DNA of 64,000 bases from Thermoplasmatota archaeon (GTDB lineage: Archaea; Thermoplasmatota; Poseidoniia; Poseidoniales; Thalassarchaeaceae). Location: positions 1,229 through 65,228 of the forward strand of contig JAZAAK010000010.1 of the NCBI GenBank assembly GCA_036138175.1, given 5' to 3'. The notes under the pieces are model-generated. The model had not been told where the DNA came from and searched no databases. It was given only the letters and a program-made list of their open reading frames with translations. Both the position numbers and the translations under genes were made by a program. Shown one piece after another: positions 9,156-18,863 of this stretch (its first letter is position 1; every line of letters begins with the position of its first letter).

Positions 9156-11840
9156 TCAAGTCTCTGCCAAATTACGCAAAACGGTCTGAAGGATGCCCCC
9201 ATTTCGGTAATATTCGACCTCCACTGGAGTGTCTAATCTTACAATAGCATCGAATTCAATAACATCTCCATTTTCCTTTATTGCTTTCACTCTGATGGTG
9301 GATAATGGAACTAAATCAGCGCTGGCGGGAATATCGAAAGTCTCTGTCCCATCAAGACCCAATGAGTCTGCGTTTTCACCTACTGGGAAAGTCAATGGCA
9401 GTACACCCATTCCAACTAGATTGGAACGATGAATTCTCTCAAAGGAGGTAGCTATGACCGCCTTCACTCCCAAGAGAAGTGTGCCTTTTGCAGCCCAGTC
9501 TCTGCTACTACCTGTTCCATACTGAGTACCTGCCAATACTACGAGTGGTGTTCCCTCTGCTTGGTAACTCATACTGGCATCAAATACTGAAGTCACTTCA
9601 TTAGTTGGGAAATGAGTGGTGAAACCTCCTTCGGTACCGGGTGCTATATGATTTCGAATGCGAACATTGGCGAAGGTTCCTCTCATCATCACTTCATGAT
9701 TACCACGTCGGCTTCCAAATGAGTTGAAGTCTCGAGGTTCGACTCCCTTAGAAATTAGGTATTGGCCTGCTGGCCCATGGTGAGGGAAAGCGCCAGCTGG
9801 ACTAATGTGGTCTGTAGTAACAGAATCTCCTAACTTGAGGAGAACTTTTGCTCCATGAATTGATTCTATTGGAGCGGGCTCGGGAAGTATTCCTTCAAAG
9901 AAGGAAGGAAGTCGAACATACGTTGAATCATCCGCCCATGGATACAGGGCAGATTCTGAACTAGTGATTGCGTCCCATCGTGGTTCTTGCAGAACATCTG
10001 AATAGCGCTTTCGGAACATTTCCGGGTCGATTGAAGTGGCAATAGTTTGTTTGATCTCGTCGTCGCTTGGCCAAATATCAGCTAGCATTACGGGACCATT
10101 TGCTCCATTTCCAATCGGCTCTGACTCAAAATCAATATCTAGCGTTCCTGCTATTGCGTAAGCAACCACCAAAGGTGGGCTTGCGAGATAATTTGCTTTG
10201 ACCTTCTGATGTATTCTACCTTCGAAATTTCGATTTCCTGAGAGCACGCTTCCAACAATCAAATCCGCCTCATCGATTGCTGCTTCAATATCTGCGTCTA
10301 GAGGGCCGGAATTTCCTATACAGGTTGTGCATCCGTATCCAACCACACTGAATCCCAGAGAGTCGAGATCTTCGGTAAGTCCAGCGGCATCAAAATACTC
10401 GGTCACAACTCTAGAGCCAGGAGCCAAACTTGGCTTTACAGTGGGTGCAATTGATAATCCCTCTTCCCTAGCTTTTCGTGCCAATAAACCAGCGGCAATC
10501 ATTACACTAGGGTTGCTTGTGTTTGTACAACTAGTTATTGCGGCGATTACGATATCGCCGTGTTTCAGATCCACCCCTCTGGAGCCGACTGTAGCAGAGG
10601 ACTCATTCTTGCTTTCATCAATACCATGTCCACTATGGCCAAGAGGCGAATTTAGACTCTTTTTCCAATGATTTTTCATCGCTGAAAGGTCGACCCTGTC
10701 CTGTGGTCTTTTCGGACCCGCCAATGCTGGCTCCACAGTCGATAAATCGAGTATTAGGGAGCTTGTAAAGGAGGGAGTAGGGGTTTGTGGTGTGTGGAAC
10801 ATTCCCTGAGCAGATAGATAGCTTTTGACATCTTCAATATGAGATTCATCCCTGCCTGAAAGTCGCATGTAATCTAGGGTGGTTTCGTCGACTGGGAAGA
10901 ATCCACATGTTGCTCCGTATTCAGGCGCCATGTTAGCAATTGTTGCTCTATCTGGAAGGCTTAGATTTGCAAGTCCTGAGCCATGGAATTCTACAAACTT
11001 TCCAACCACTCCGTGCTCCCTCAACATCTCTACTATTCTGAGTGTCATATCGGTGGCTGTTACTCCAGGTCTGAGCGAGCCGGTTAACTCGAAACCACAG
11101 ACTTCTGGGAGAAGCATGTAAATCGGCTGACCTAACATTACCGCCTCAGCCTCAATTCCACCGACTCCCCAGCCTAAAACTCCGAGCCCGTTGATCATGG
11201 TTGTGTGACTATCTGTGCCGACTAGAGTGTCGGGTAACCATACTCCATTTTCTTCTCTAGCAACACTTGCAATCCACTCTAGATTCACCTGATGAACAAT
11301 ACCACGACCAGGCGGTACTGCACGGAAATTATCCAAACTTTGCTGACCCCATTTTAGGAATTCATAGCGCTCCATGTTTCGTTGGTATTCAATCTCCAAA
11401 TTTCGCTCTCTTGCATCTGAAAACAAGCCGGAGACATCTACCTGAACGGAATGGTCGATTACCAAGTCAACCGGAACTTGTGGGTTTACTTTCTCAGGAT
11501 CTCCGCCCAACTCTACCATAGCGTCTCTGAGGGCAGCAATATCAACAACAGCAGGAACTCCTGTGAAGTCCTGTAGGATTACCCTACTCGGTGAGAATGG
11601 AATTTCTTCTGGAGTCATTGTGGGTGACCATGATGCAATGCGTTCTACATCTTCACGAGTAACGAGAAAACCATCGCACTTTCGCAGAGCGGCTTCCACC
11701 AATAATCGAATAGTGAAAGGCAGGGAATCAAGGTCACAGAGGCCTAATTCTTGCAAGTGGGAAAGTGAGTGGAAGTCGGCTTCAGTACCGTCAGATTTGA
11801 TGAATGTTCTCAGTGAATCAAAGCCTTCTGAATCCTTCAT
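9156..11840 (-). CDS. acnA: aconitate hydratase (AcnA/IRP type)
   Basis: 894 aa, ATG at 11840. Motifs [26 protein letters not shown] (Fe-S ligand regions). N-terminus [17 protein letters not shown] is typical of AcnA. Confidence 0.95.
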   Translation of the reverse strand: MKDSEGFDSLRTFIKSDGTEADFHSLSHLQELGLCDLDSLPFTIRLLVEAALRKCDGFLVTREDVERIASWSPTMTPEEIPFSPSRVILQDFTGVPAVVDIAALRDAMVELGGDPEKVNPQVPVDLVIDHSVQVDVSGLFSDARERNLEIEYQRNMERYEFLKWGQQSLDNFRAVPPGRGIVHQVNLEWIASVAREENGVWLPDTLVGTDSHTTMINGLGVLGWGVGGIEAEAVMLGQPIYMLLPEVCGFELTGSLRPGVTATDMTLRIVEMLREHGVVGKFVEFHGSGLANLSLPDRATIANMAPEYGATCGFFPVDETTLDYMRLSGRDESHIEDVKSYLSAQGMFHTPQTPTPSFTSSLILDLSTVEPALAGPKRPQDRVDLSAMKNHWKKSLNSPLGHSGHGIDESKNESSATVGSRGVDLKHGDIVIAAITSCTNTSNPSVMIAAGLLARKAREEGLSIAPTVKPSLAPGSRVVTEYFDAAGLTEDLDSLGFSVVGYGCTTCIGNSGPLDADIEAAIDEADLIVGSVLSGNRNFEGRIHQKVKANYLASPPLVVAYAIAGTLDIDFESEPIGNGANGPVMLADIWPSDDEIKQTIATSIDPEMFRKRYSDVLQEPRWDAITSSESALYPWADDSTYVRLPSFFEGILPEPAPIESIHGAKVLLKLGDSVTTDHISPAGAFPHHGPAGQYLISKGVEPRDFNSFGSRRGNHEVMMRGTFANVRIRNHIAPGTEGGFTTHFPTNEVTSVFDASMSYQAEGTPLVVLAGTQYGTGSSRDWAAKGTLLLGVKAVIATSFERIHRSNLVGMGVLPLTFPVGENADSLGLDGTETFDIPASADLVPLSTIRVKAIKENGDVIEFDAIVRLDTPVEVEYYRNGGILQTVLRNLAET

Positions 11841-11861
11841 TAAGACACCCCGCGAATTAAT

Positions 11862-11875
11862 GGGTTAGGGAACCC
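11862..11875. promoter_or_regulatory. inverted repeat GGGTT-AGGG-AACCC upstream of acnA
   Basis: 5-bp arms read directly, 22 nt upstream of the acnA ATG, next to an AT-rich TATA-like ATTAATT. Could be an operator or a 5' hairpin; speculative. Confidence 0.2.
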
Positions 11876-11952
11876 TCCATGAATGTGACTATTGGAAGTA
11901 TTCTAACAACGGATAGGTTTGCTGTTCCGGGCTTAAGTTCTGTTAGCCTTAA

Positions 11953-13032
11953 TTAGTCGATGACACTTACTCTCTCGATTGTAACTGGGTAAGTTGACAA
12001 TTTATTTTGATCAGTACAGGTATCTTGATTTGGACCGCAGCCGACCTGTGAAATCGCATCTATTACAGTAATGCCATCTACTTGCTGACCATCGATTTCA
12101 CCTCTGTACGCCTTTCCGAAAGCCGTGTATTGGCCATCAAGGTTAGAGGCGCCGTTAGAATCAACAAGGTAGAATTGCGAACCTGCTGAATTTTGATGTC
12201 CGGAACGTGCCGCAGCGATGACTCCTGGGTCATGAGTTTGGCCGAATTCGGCAGGAATGACCCAATTTGTCATATCATTCTCACAGATTGACGATGATTC
12301 ATATCCTGCATTCGCACAATAGCCAAAGTATTGTCCAGCATGTCCACCTGTACCATCGCGATTTTCAAAATCGCCCCCTTGGATCATGAAGCCGTCGACA
12401 ATTCTGTGGAAGATAGTTCCATCATAACGATCGGCTTCTGCATTTGCCCGGAATGACGCCGAATGCATTGGAGTTTCATTGTACAATTCTATCCAAATCT
12501 TACCATTGTGGAAATCGCCGTTAATGTCGGTCCAACTGACTTCCATTAGTACACTTCCAGAGGTGCCCTCAATATTTTCTACTGACTGTTCTAGTGCCTC
12601 ACCTGCGAATTTGAAAGCAACCAAGAACACCATTATGCCAACAAATGCAGCAGCAAGTCCAGTAGGTGTTGGATTTCCATCATCGAATAATTGCCAACCC
12701 TTTCCTAAAGAAATCGATTGCTCATCCATCATTGATGCCAATTTGTTTTGCGCTCGTCGAATTTCTTTGTTTGATGGTTCGAGTTTTTGTGCACGTTGGT
12801 AACTATTGTGTGCGTCTTGCCAATGTGCCTTTCGATTAGCCATGTCGATATCACCTTTGGCAATCTTTGCTTCGGCTGCCAAAGAAATGACTTTTACCTT
12901 GGAAGAGTTATTTTCTGCTGCCGCCCATGCTTCGGTTCTGAGTAGTTCTAGAGCACCGTCAACATCACCAGTTTCAATCAATGCAGTTGCTCGCGAAAGG
13001 GCATCCTTCAGAGCGCTTGGTGTTGTGGGCAT
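11953..13032 (-). CDS. membrane-anchored cyclophilin-type peptidyl-prolyl cis-trans isomerase with N-terminal TPR-like helical domain
   Basis: ATG at 13032 (MPTTPSALKD...). The 50 upstream codons of the track ORF are basic and low-complexity and run into the divergent promoter region. Single TM GLAAAFVGIMVFLVAFKFAG. Cyclophilin core FHRIVDGFMIQGGDF...SAGSQFYL...TAFG with Cys-containing insertions. Confidence 0.85.
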   Translation of the reverse strand: MPTTPSALKDALSRATALIETGDVDGALELLRTEAWAAAENNSSKVKVISLAAEAKIAKGDIDMANRKAHWQDAHNSYQRAQKLEPSNKEIRRAQNKLASMMDEQSISLGKGWQLFDDGNPTPTGLAAAFVGIMVFLVAFKFAGEALEQSVENIEGTSGSVLMEVSWTDINGDFHNGKIWIELYNETPMHSASFRANAEADRYDGTIFHRIVDGFMIQGGDFENRDGTGGHAGQYFGYCANAGYESSSICENDMTNWVIPAEFGQTHDPGVIAAARSGHQNSAGSQFYLVDSNGASNLDGQYTAFGKAYRGEIDGQQVDGITVIDAISQVGCGPNQDTCTDQNKLSTYPVTIERVSVID

Positions 13033-13167
13033 GGGCCCGCCGACCACACACCCCTTGAAAACCGCAACGGATAGGAAATCAAACCCGTGGAGCATGATTA
13101 TGGCTGCTTGACCCCCTTGATATTGAGGAATTACGAAACGGGAACGGCTAATACCGGACTTAACCCG

Positions 13168-13180
13168 GCGCACGTTGCGC
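13168..13180 (+). promoter_or_regulatory. stem-loop GCGCA-CGT-TGCGC in the leader/divergent promoter region
   Basis: 5-bp stem, 3-nt loop, 48 nt upstream of the oxidoreductase alpha-subunit ATG. A GGAG Shine-Dalgarno-like element follows. Confidence 0.2.
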
Positions 13181-13227
13181 AAGCATACCGCTGGTGCACC
13201 TACAACCCCCCGGAGACCCCGATAACG

Positions 13228-15030
13228 ATGGCAAATACCGTCAATGATTTCACAGTCAATATCGCCACTGCAAATGGAACAGGGTCGCAGTCTGCGAACC
13301 TGATTCTACTTCACTCAATGTTTGAAATGGGAGTCCCAGTAAGTGGGAAGAATCTCTTTCCAAGCAATATATCTGGACTCCCAACTTGGTTCATTATTCG
13401 AGCCAGTGATGAAGGTTATCAGGCTCCTGGAGACGTCACACACATTCAGGTTGTGATGAATAAGGACACCTGGCTAGCTGATGTGGAGAAGGCTGAGCCT
13501 GGGACAATCATCATTCACAACATGGATGTGAAATTGCCAGTGGAAAGAGATGATTGCATTGTGCTAGGAATGCCAATGACAAAAATGGCTCGCTCCATCA
13601 ATCCAAAACTTGCTCGAATGATTGCTAACATGTATTATGTTGGAGCTCTTGCTGAAACTCTCGGTATCGATGAATCAGCAATCGCTTCATCTGTGGCTCA
13701 GCAATTTAACGGTAAGGAAAAGGCAATCGAATTGAATCTCCAAGCCATTTCTGAAGGCCGAGAATATGCAAGAGAAAACTGGAATTGTGACATCGGATAC
13801 ACTGTTGAGGCTCGAGATAAAGATCCAAACACATTCCTGATCGAAGGTAACGAAGCGGCGGCCTTGGGTTGTATTTTCGGTGGAATCAACATGTTATCAT
13901 GGTACCCAATTACCCCATCTTCCTCTCTTGCTGAATCAATCATCAATTGGTTACCAAAACTTCGCCAAGCGGAAGACGGAGGAGCTACTTGTGCAGTTAT
14001 CCAAGCCGAAGATGAATTAGCGGCTGCAGGAATGGTAGTAGGAGCAGGCTGGGCTGGTGGAAGAGGAATGACCTGTACCAGCGGGCCTGGTATTTCCTTG
14101 ATGTCCGAGTTCATTGGGTTGGCTTACTTCGCTGAGGTCCCTGGAGTAATTTGGGACGTAAATCGAGTAGGTCCTTCAACCGGACTTCCAACTAGAACTC
14201 AACAGGGTGACCTGACTTTGCTTTACGAAGCAAGCCATGGAGACACTCAACATATTGTATTAATCCCCGGAACAGTCGACGAATGCTTCGAATTTGGTTG
14301 GCGTGCTTTCGACGTAGCAGAACAATTCCAAACTCTTGTATTCGGATTCTCTGACTTAGATTTAGGAATGAATAGATGGGTTACAGCAGGATTCGAATAT
14401 CCTGACGAGAAGTTGGATAGAGGCAAGGTAATTCGAACCCAAGAACAACTTGATTCAATCGAGAATTTTGGAAGATACAGAGATGTAGACGGGGATGGAA
14501 TACCATATCGAACTCTACCAGGTAGCGGACTCGAGCCAATTCTATACAGAGGAACTGGACACGATGAAGATGGAGTATATTCCGAAGACCCGGAGGTATA
14601 TGCCGCAACTGTGGCTCGTTTGAAGCGTAAGATTGAGGGGGCAAGAGACAAACTTCCCGCTCCAGTTGTGCGTGAAGAAAAGGACAAACAAGTCGGAATA
14701 ATCTACTATGGTTCTGTTGAGAATACCATCACAGAAATCGATGATATTCTCGAATCAACTACAGGCATGAAGGTTAGCACTTGTAGAGTCAGAGCGTTGC
14801 CATACCACTCTGAGATAGAGCGATTTATTGAGGAACATGATCAAGTAGTGGTTTTGGAAATTAACAGAGACGGTCAGCTATTCGGAATTCTTCGCAAAGA
14901 GTTGCCTCTTGAACTCCTAAGCAAATTGCATTCTGTTGCATTCAGCGATGGAATTCCTCCGCGCGCCCGCGTCTATGCTGAGATGATTTTGGAAACCTTA
15001 TCTGGCGATACAAAAGAGGTGATTGCATGA
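13228..15030 (+). CDS. 2-oxoacid:ferredoxin oxidoreductase, alpha subunit (fused gamma-alpha type)
   Basis: ATG at 13228 (MANTVNDFTVNIATANGTGSQSAN...), 600 aa. The track start at 13087 is an upstream extension. Overall match to the large subunit of two-subunit 2-oxoacid oxidoreductases. Substrate (2-oxoglutarate or pyruvate) not determinable. Confidence 0.9.
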   Translation: MANTVNDFTVNIATANGTGSQSANLILLHSMFEMGVPVSGKNLFPSNISGLPTWFIIRASDEGYQAPGDVTHIQVVMNKDTWLADVEKAEPGTIIIHNMDVKLPVERDDCIVLGMPMTKMARSINPKLARMIANMYYVGALAETLGIDESAIASSVAQQFNGKEKAIELNLQAISEGREYARENWNCDIGYTVEARDKDPNTFLIEGNEAAALGCIFGGINMLSWYPITPSSSLAESIINWLPKLRQAEDGGATCAVIQAEDELAAAGMVVGAGWAGGRGMTCTSGPGISLMSEFIGLAYFAEVPGVIWDVNRVGPSTGLPTRTQQGDLTLLYEASHGDTQHIVLIPGTVDECFEFGWRAFDVAEQFQTLVFGFSDLDLGMNRWVTAGFEYPDEKLDRGKVIRTQEQLDSIENFGRYRDVDGDGIPYRTLPGSGLEPILYRGTGHDEDGVYSEDPEVYAATVARLKRKIEGARDKLPAPVVREEKDKQVGIIYYGSVENTITEIDDILESTTGMKVSTCRVRALPYHSEIERFIEEHDQVVVLEINRDGQLFGILRKELPLELLSKLHSVAFSDGIPPRARVYAEMILETLSGDTKEVIA

Positions 15031-16064
15031 GTATGAGACCGATCCAACTGAATGTTATCGACCTACCAAAAGCAGACTACACCGGAGGGCCTTCCTCACT
15101 GTGCCCTGGTTGTGGACACGACCAAATTTCCAATGTTATTATTCAAGCGGCTTGGGAAAACGGTATCGCACCAGAGACAATCGCCAAGATGTCGGGTATC
15201 GGATGTTCATCCAAGACCCCAGCGTACTTCCTAGGAAAGTCACATGGATTCAACACAGTCCACGGTAGAATGCCCTCGGTAACCACAGGTGCAAACATGG
15301 TCAACAAAGACTTGGCCTTCCTTGGCGTGTCTGGTGATGGAGATACCGCTTCTATCGGAATTGGCCAATTTATCCACGCTATCCGACGAAACCTAAACAT
15401 GGTTTACATTATCGAAAATAACGGAGTTTACGGGTTAACAAAAGGACAGTACTCTGCAACGGTCGAGAAGGGTTCGAAGAAAAAGAAGGGAGCGACCAAC
15501 GAGAACCCTCCAATCGACCTTTGTAAAATGGCAATCAACCTTGGTTGTGGATTCGTAGCAAGGTCATTTTCCGGTTCCAAGAAGCAGTTAACTTCGCTTC
15601 TAAGAGCAGCTTTATCGCACAAGGGAATGGCTGTAATTGATGTGATTTCACCGTGTGTAACTTTCGCTAATAATGATGAGTCATACCGCTCTTACAACTA
15701 CGTTAAGGGGAATGAAGAGGAACTTCACACCGTTGATTACATCCCTCACTTTACACCGATTGAAGAGGTAGAGGTTCCTGAAGGTCAATTCGAGGATATT
15801 AGTCTGTTTGATGGTTCGACACTGAGATTGGAAACCCTCGGAGATGATCACGACCCAGGCAATGCGGTTGCTGCTCTAGCAGCGATTCATGATGCTGAGC
15901 AAAACGATAAGCACGTCACTGGGCTCCTGTATTATGATTCAGAGATGAAGACCGCTGATGAGGCACTAGGTCTGACTGACACACCATTAGTCGACCTAAC
16001 TGAAGAAGATCTGAGACCTAGTAAGGAAGCCCTAGAAGAACTCAACCAATCTTTCCGTGCTTGA
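15027..16064 (+). CDS. 2-oxoacid:ferredoxin oxidoreductase, beta (TPP-binding) subunit
   Basis: 345 aa. CPGCGH and GVSGDGD TPP/Fe-S region motifs. ATGA start/stop overlap with the alpha subunit (15027..15030). Confidence 0.9.
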   Translation: MSMRPIQLNVIDLPKADYTGGPSSLCPGCGHDQISNVIIQAAWENGIAPETIAKMSGIGCSSKTPAYFLGKSHGFNTVHGRMPSVTTGANMVNKDLAFLGVSGDGDTASIGIGQFIHAIRRNLNMVYIIENNGVYGLTKGQYSATVEKGSKKKKGATNENPPIDLCKMAINLGCGFVARSFSGSKKQLTSLLRAALSHKGMAVIDVISPCVTFANNDESYRSYNYVKGNEEELHTVDYIPHFTPIEEVEVPEGQFEDISLFDGSTLRLETLGDDHDPGNAVAALAAIHDAEQNDKHVTGLLYYDSEMKTADEALGLTDTPLVDLTEEDLRPSKEALEELNQSFRA

Positions 16065-16112
16065 GCGATTTATTCGATTATCTATCGAGCGGTTTTGTTG
16101 AAATATACGACC

Positions 16113-16127
16113 CGACTCGGCGAGTCG
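16113..16127 (+). terminator. stem-loop CGACTC-GGC-GAGTCG between the oxidoreductase operon and tRNA-Gln
   Basis: 6-bp perfect stem, 3-nt loop, 49 nt after the beta-subunit stop and 3 nt before the tRNA 5' end. Confidence 0.3.
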
Positions 16128-16129
16128 CT

Positions 16130-16205
16130 AGTCCCTTAGTGTAGCGGTCCATCATATGGCACTCTGGATGCCATGACCCTGGTTCAAATCCGGGAGGGAC
16201 TACCA
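16130..16205 (+). tRNA. tRNA-Gln (anticodon CTG), CCA encoded
   Basis: Hand-folded cloverleaf. Acceptor AGTCCCT/AGGGACT (A1:U72 as in archaeal tRNA-Gln), anticodon stem TGGCA/TGCCA with loop CTCTGGA, T arm CCTGG-TTCAAAT-CCGGG, discriminator A followed by CCA. 76 nt. Confidence 0.85.
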
Positions 16206-16211
16206 AACAAT

Positions 16212-16391
16212 TCACAATGCACGGTTGAGTAATCTAGAAGCGAATGAAATCATTAGGACAATCATAAACCAAGCAACGACATATCTAGCCCAAGGAGTCT
16301 CCTTCTTTGGTTCTGGAAAGGGGTCAATACCGGCTTCTATAGCCTCTGCAAACAGAGCTAATTCTTCCTCAATAGTCTCGGGGTCTCTCAT
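16212..16391 (-). CDS. small (59 aa) tail-anchored membrane protein, absent from the 60-aa ORF track
   Basis: Hand translation: MRDPETIEEELALFAEAIEAGIDPFPEPKKETPWARYVVAWFMIVLMISFASRLLNRAL. ATG at 16391 is 9 nt after the aldo/keto reductase stop. Acidic N-terminus plus one C-terminal TM helix, consistent with local proteome style. Confidence 0.4.
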   Translation of the reverse strand: MRDPETIEEELALFAEAIEAGIDPFPEPKKETPWARYVVAWFMIVLMISFASRLLNRAL

Positions 16392-16400
16392 GACAAATCC

Positions 16401-17264
16401 TCAAGGCTCGGCCGTTGGGTTCCAACCGGAAACATAGGCTTCTTCCAATTGATTAAAGGCAGATTCTGTTCCACTGATATCGACATTCAAACTCGCAAGG
16501 TTCTCATCTATTCTACCTGGGTTGCTAGATTTTGGGATGGTAATTGCCCCGGTGTCATATACCCATTTTATTGCGGCCTGGGCTGGTGTGCAGTCTAGTG
16601 ATTTTGCTATCTTTGCGAGACTATCACATCCAACCTTGTGACCTCTTGCTAATGGCGAGTAAGCCATCACCTTGGCTCCGATTGCTTCTGTTGCTGCTCG
16701 AAGAGCGGGGCGCTGATTCCATGGGTGTAATTCCACTTGATTGACCGCAGGTAAAATGGCCGCATAGGATCGCATATCATCTAGGTGGTGGGCGCCATAA
16801 TTGCTGACTCCAATTGATCTAGTCCATCCACGAGCAAGGCATTCTTCCATTCCTCTCCATACCCCGGCTCTAGCCTCTATATCTTCAGGTGGAGCATGAA
16901 CAAGGTATAGGTCAATAAAATCCAATCCAAGCATATCTAGGCTACTGCGGCAATGCTCGAGCGCCGCCTCGTAACTCGTTGCGTGTGGGCGGCGTAATTT
17001 GGTGACAACGAATAGGTCATCGCGGGGCACTCCACTTTCGCGAATGGCTTGGCCGGTCTCAGTTTCGTTTGCGTAGGACCTTGCAGTATCGATTAGTCTG
17101 TATCCTGAGGAAATGGCGTGCTGAACGGCTGTTTTACACTCTCCTCCTTCAGACATCTGCCAAACTCCAAGACCGAATCTAGGCATTTGCACTTCATGCT
17201 CGCGCTGGCCGGTGGCTGTATTGGTGTGTCCAATGGTGATTACGTCGAAGCCGCCAGCGCTCAT
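16401..17264 (-). CDS. aldo/keto reductase (2,5-diketo-D-gluconate reductase-like)
   Basis: 287 aa. AKR catalytic-tetrad context LIDTARSYANE, VTKL, QVELHP, plus GVSNY. An alternative start MPRFGLGVWQM lies 26 codons in. Confidence 0.9.
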   Translation of the reverse strand: MSAGGFDVITIGHTNTATGQREHEVQMPRFGLGVWQMSEGGECKTAVQHAISSGYRLIDTARSYANETETGQAIRESGVPRDDLFVVTKLRRPHATSYEAALEHCRSSLDMLGLDFIDLYLVHAPPEDIEARAGVWRGMEECLARGWTRSIGVSNYGAHHLDDMRSYAAILPAVNQVELHPWNQRPALRAATEAIGAKVMAYSPLARGHKVGCDSLAKIAKSLDCTPAQAAIKWVYDTGAITIPKSSNPGRIDENLASLNVDISGTESAFNQLEEAYVSGWNPTAEP

Positions 17265-17350
17265 GCTCAGCCCTGAGGGATGTTTGACTTGAGTTTGCCG
17301 AGAGGCTCCACTCGGGGCGGGATTGAAGCGGTCAACCCCCTCGTTGAGTC

Positions 17351-18862
17351 ATGAGCGAGTTGCCAGAGGGGGTCGAGTTACCCTCGGCAGAGGTTGCAAA
17401 ACCTCGACCTTCGGCTGCAGCAGTAATCAGTAGAAACTCAGGTCAAGAGATGGAAATTCTGCTCTGTCATAGAGTCTCAGAAGTCCCAAGTTTTCCTGAC
17501 TTTTGGGCATTCCCAGGCGGCGGAATAAGTAGAGTGGATAGAGAAGCAGCGGAAGATAACCCCTCTTGGTTTTCTGAAAGAGAGGACCGTGAATCGCTAA
17601 TCGCTCTATTGAGAGAGATGCTGGAAGAAGTAGGGGTGGCACCAGATGGAAGTGGTGGATTCCAGAATGTGCAAGTTGAAATTATCGACCAAGTCAATGA
17701 AAATAAATCAGAATGGGCAAAACTAGTTTCTGAAGGAACATTATCAATTGACAATTTCAGCCCATCTCTAATTACCCAAAGAACGACTCCGCCCGTTGCA
17801 CCAATTCGTCACAGAAATAGATTCTATCATGTCGCAACGGGAGACGCTTCAATTGAACCAAAACTTCCTAGTGGCCGAACAGAATTTGATGAATTCCAGT
17901 GGTGGAAGCCAAACGATTTACTAGACGCTTGGCTTTCTCATGAGGTAAAATTACCACCTCCTCAAGTTACACTTATTCGCGACATTGTTCAGTTAGGATT
18001 CTCAGAATTAGCCAAAAACCCTCCAAGTGGGTACCACAGAATCGAATATGCAAACGGCGTCGAGCTAGTGCCAATTCCAACAGATACACTTCCACCTGCA
18101 ACTCATACCGATTGCTATGTTTTGGGCCATCCTGGCGGAAGTAGAATCCTAGTCGACCCTGCCGCTAGATCGATTGAAGCCTTGGAAATCCTGAGGAATA
18201 AGGTTGCTGAAATAGAGCAGTCAGGAAGTAAGATTATTGCAACTGTATTTACTCATAAGCATCCAGACCACATAGGTGATTTATCTGAGATTTCTAAATT
18301 TTATCAAGCACCTATTTTTGCCAGTAAAGAGACACTTGCGGTATTGCCAAAATACGAATCAGACAGAACTCTCGGAGAGGGAGATGTAATCGAGATTGAT
18401 GATGAAAAATGGAGCGTTATCGAGACACATGGTCATTGTCCAGGACACATTTGCTTGGTTGGTAAAGCAGGAATTGTAAGTGGAGATAACGCTGTCTTAT
18501 TTGGCACAATTCTAGTTCCATCCTCGGATGGAAACATGAATGAATATCTTGCGGGATTAGAACGTCTGAGAGACTTAGACCCTTCACTTCTATTTCCTGG
18601 TCACGGCCCCATGGTTGCAAATCCGAGGAGATTATTGACACGATATTTGAAGCACAGAAATGAACGTCATTCAAGAGTGTTGAATGCAGTGCAATCAAGC
18701 GACGGCAGCCTTGATGCGATTACCGTTCAAGCATATGCTGACACTCCGGATGCACATCCAAACCTTGCCAGAGATCAGGCCTATTCACACTTACTAGCGC
18801 TTCAGGAAAATGGAAACATTCGTCAAGAAAATGGAAAATGGTTGTTTGTTAAGGGGGACTGA
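17351..18862 (+). CDS. Nudix hydrolase / MBL-fold metallo-hydrolase fusion protein
   Basis: 503 aa. N-terminal Nudix box remnant GGG...LLREMLEEVGV. C-terminal metallo-beta-lactamase motifs THKHPDHIGD and HGHCPGH. Confidence 0.8.
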   Translation: MSELPEGVELPSAEVAKPRPSAAAVISRNSGQEMEILLCHRVSEVPSFPDFWAFPGGGISRVDREAAEDNPSWFSEREDRESLIALLREMLEEVGVAPDGSGGFQNVQVEIIDQVNENKSEWAKLVSEGTLSIDNFSPSLITQRTTPPVAPIRHRNRFYHVATGDASIEPKLPSGRTEFDEFQWWKPNDLLDAWLSHEVKLPPPQVTLIRDIVQLGFSELAKNPPSGYHRIEYANGVELVPIPTDTLPPATHTDCYVLGHPGGSRILVDPAARSIEALEILRNKVAEIEQSGSKIIATVFTHKHPDHIGDLSEISKFYQAPIFASKETLAVLPKYESDRTLGEGDVIEIDDEKWSVIETHGHCPGHICLVGKAGIVSGDNAVLFGTILVPSSDGNMNEYLAGLERLRDLDPSLLFPGHGPMVANPRRLLTRYLKHRNERHSRVLNAVQSSDGSLDAITVQAYADTPDAHPNLARDQAYSHLLALQENGNIRQENGKWLFVKGD

Positions 18863-18863
18863 A

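Noticed and set aside
13087-13227. Upstream extensions of track ORFs (13087, 13182, 9202, 28490, 48738, 18810, 60288, and TTG/GTG starts at 8464, 20780, 42373, 46471, 46700, 35651, 51727).
   Set aside because: The extensions overlap neighbouring genes or divergent promoter regions, are compositionally atypical, and in each case an in-frame ATG sits at the position where family homology begins.
13698-14687. Long antisense ORFs (138 and 146 aa, plus an 87-aa one) inside the oxidoreductase alpha-subunit gene.
   Set aside because: They lie opposite a confidently identified, motif-rich gene. Their translations are Ser/Pro/Arg-rich and low-complexity with no motifs. They are typical shadow ORFs.
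16130-16205. tRNA genes (also 42520..42597) as integration sites of a mobile element.
   Set aside because: I noticed no integrase, no duplicated tRNA 3' fragment elsewhere in the window, and flanking genes are ordinary housekeeping genes of uniform composition.
16225-16437. 70-aa plus-strand ORF in the tRNA-Gln / reductase spacer.
   Set aside because: It starts with TTG immediately after the tRNA, runs into the reductase 3' end, and gives a low-complexity Ser/Ala/Asn-rich product. The opposite-strand 59-aa ORF with an ATG and a clean TM helix explains the spacer better.
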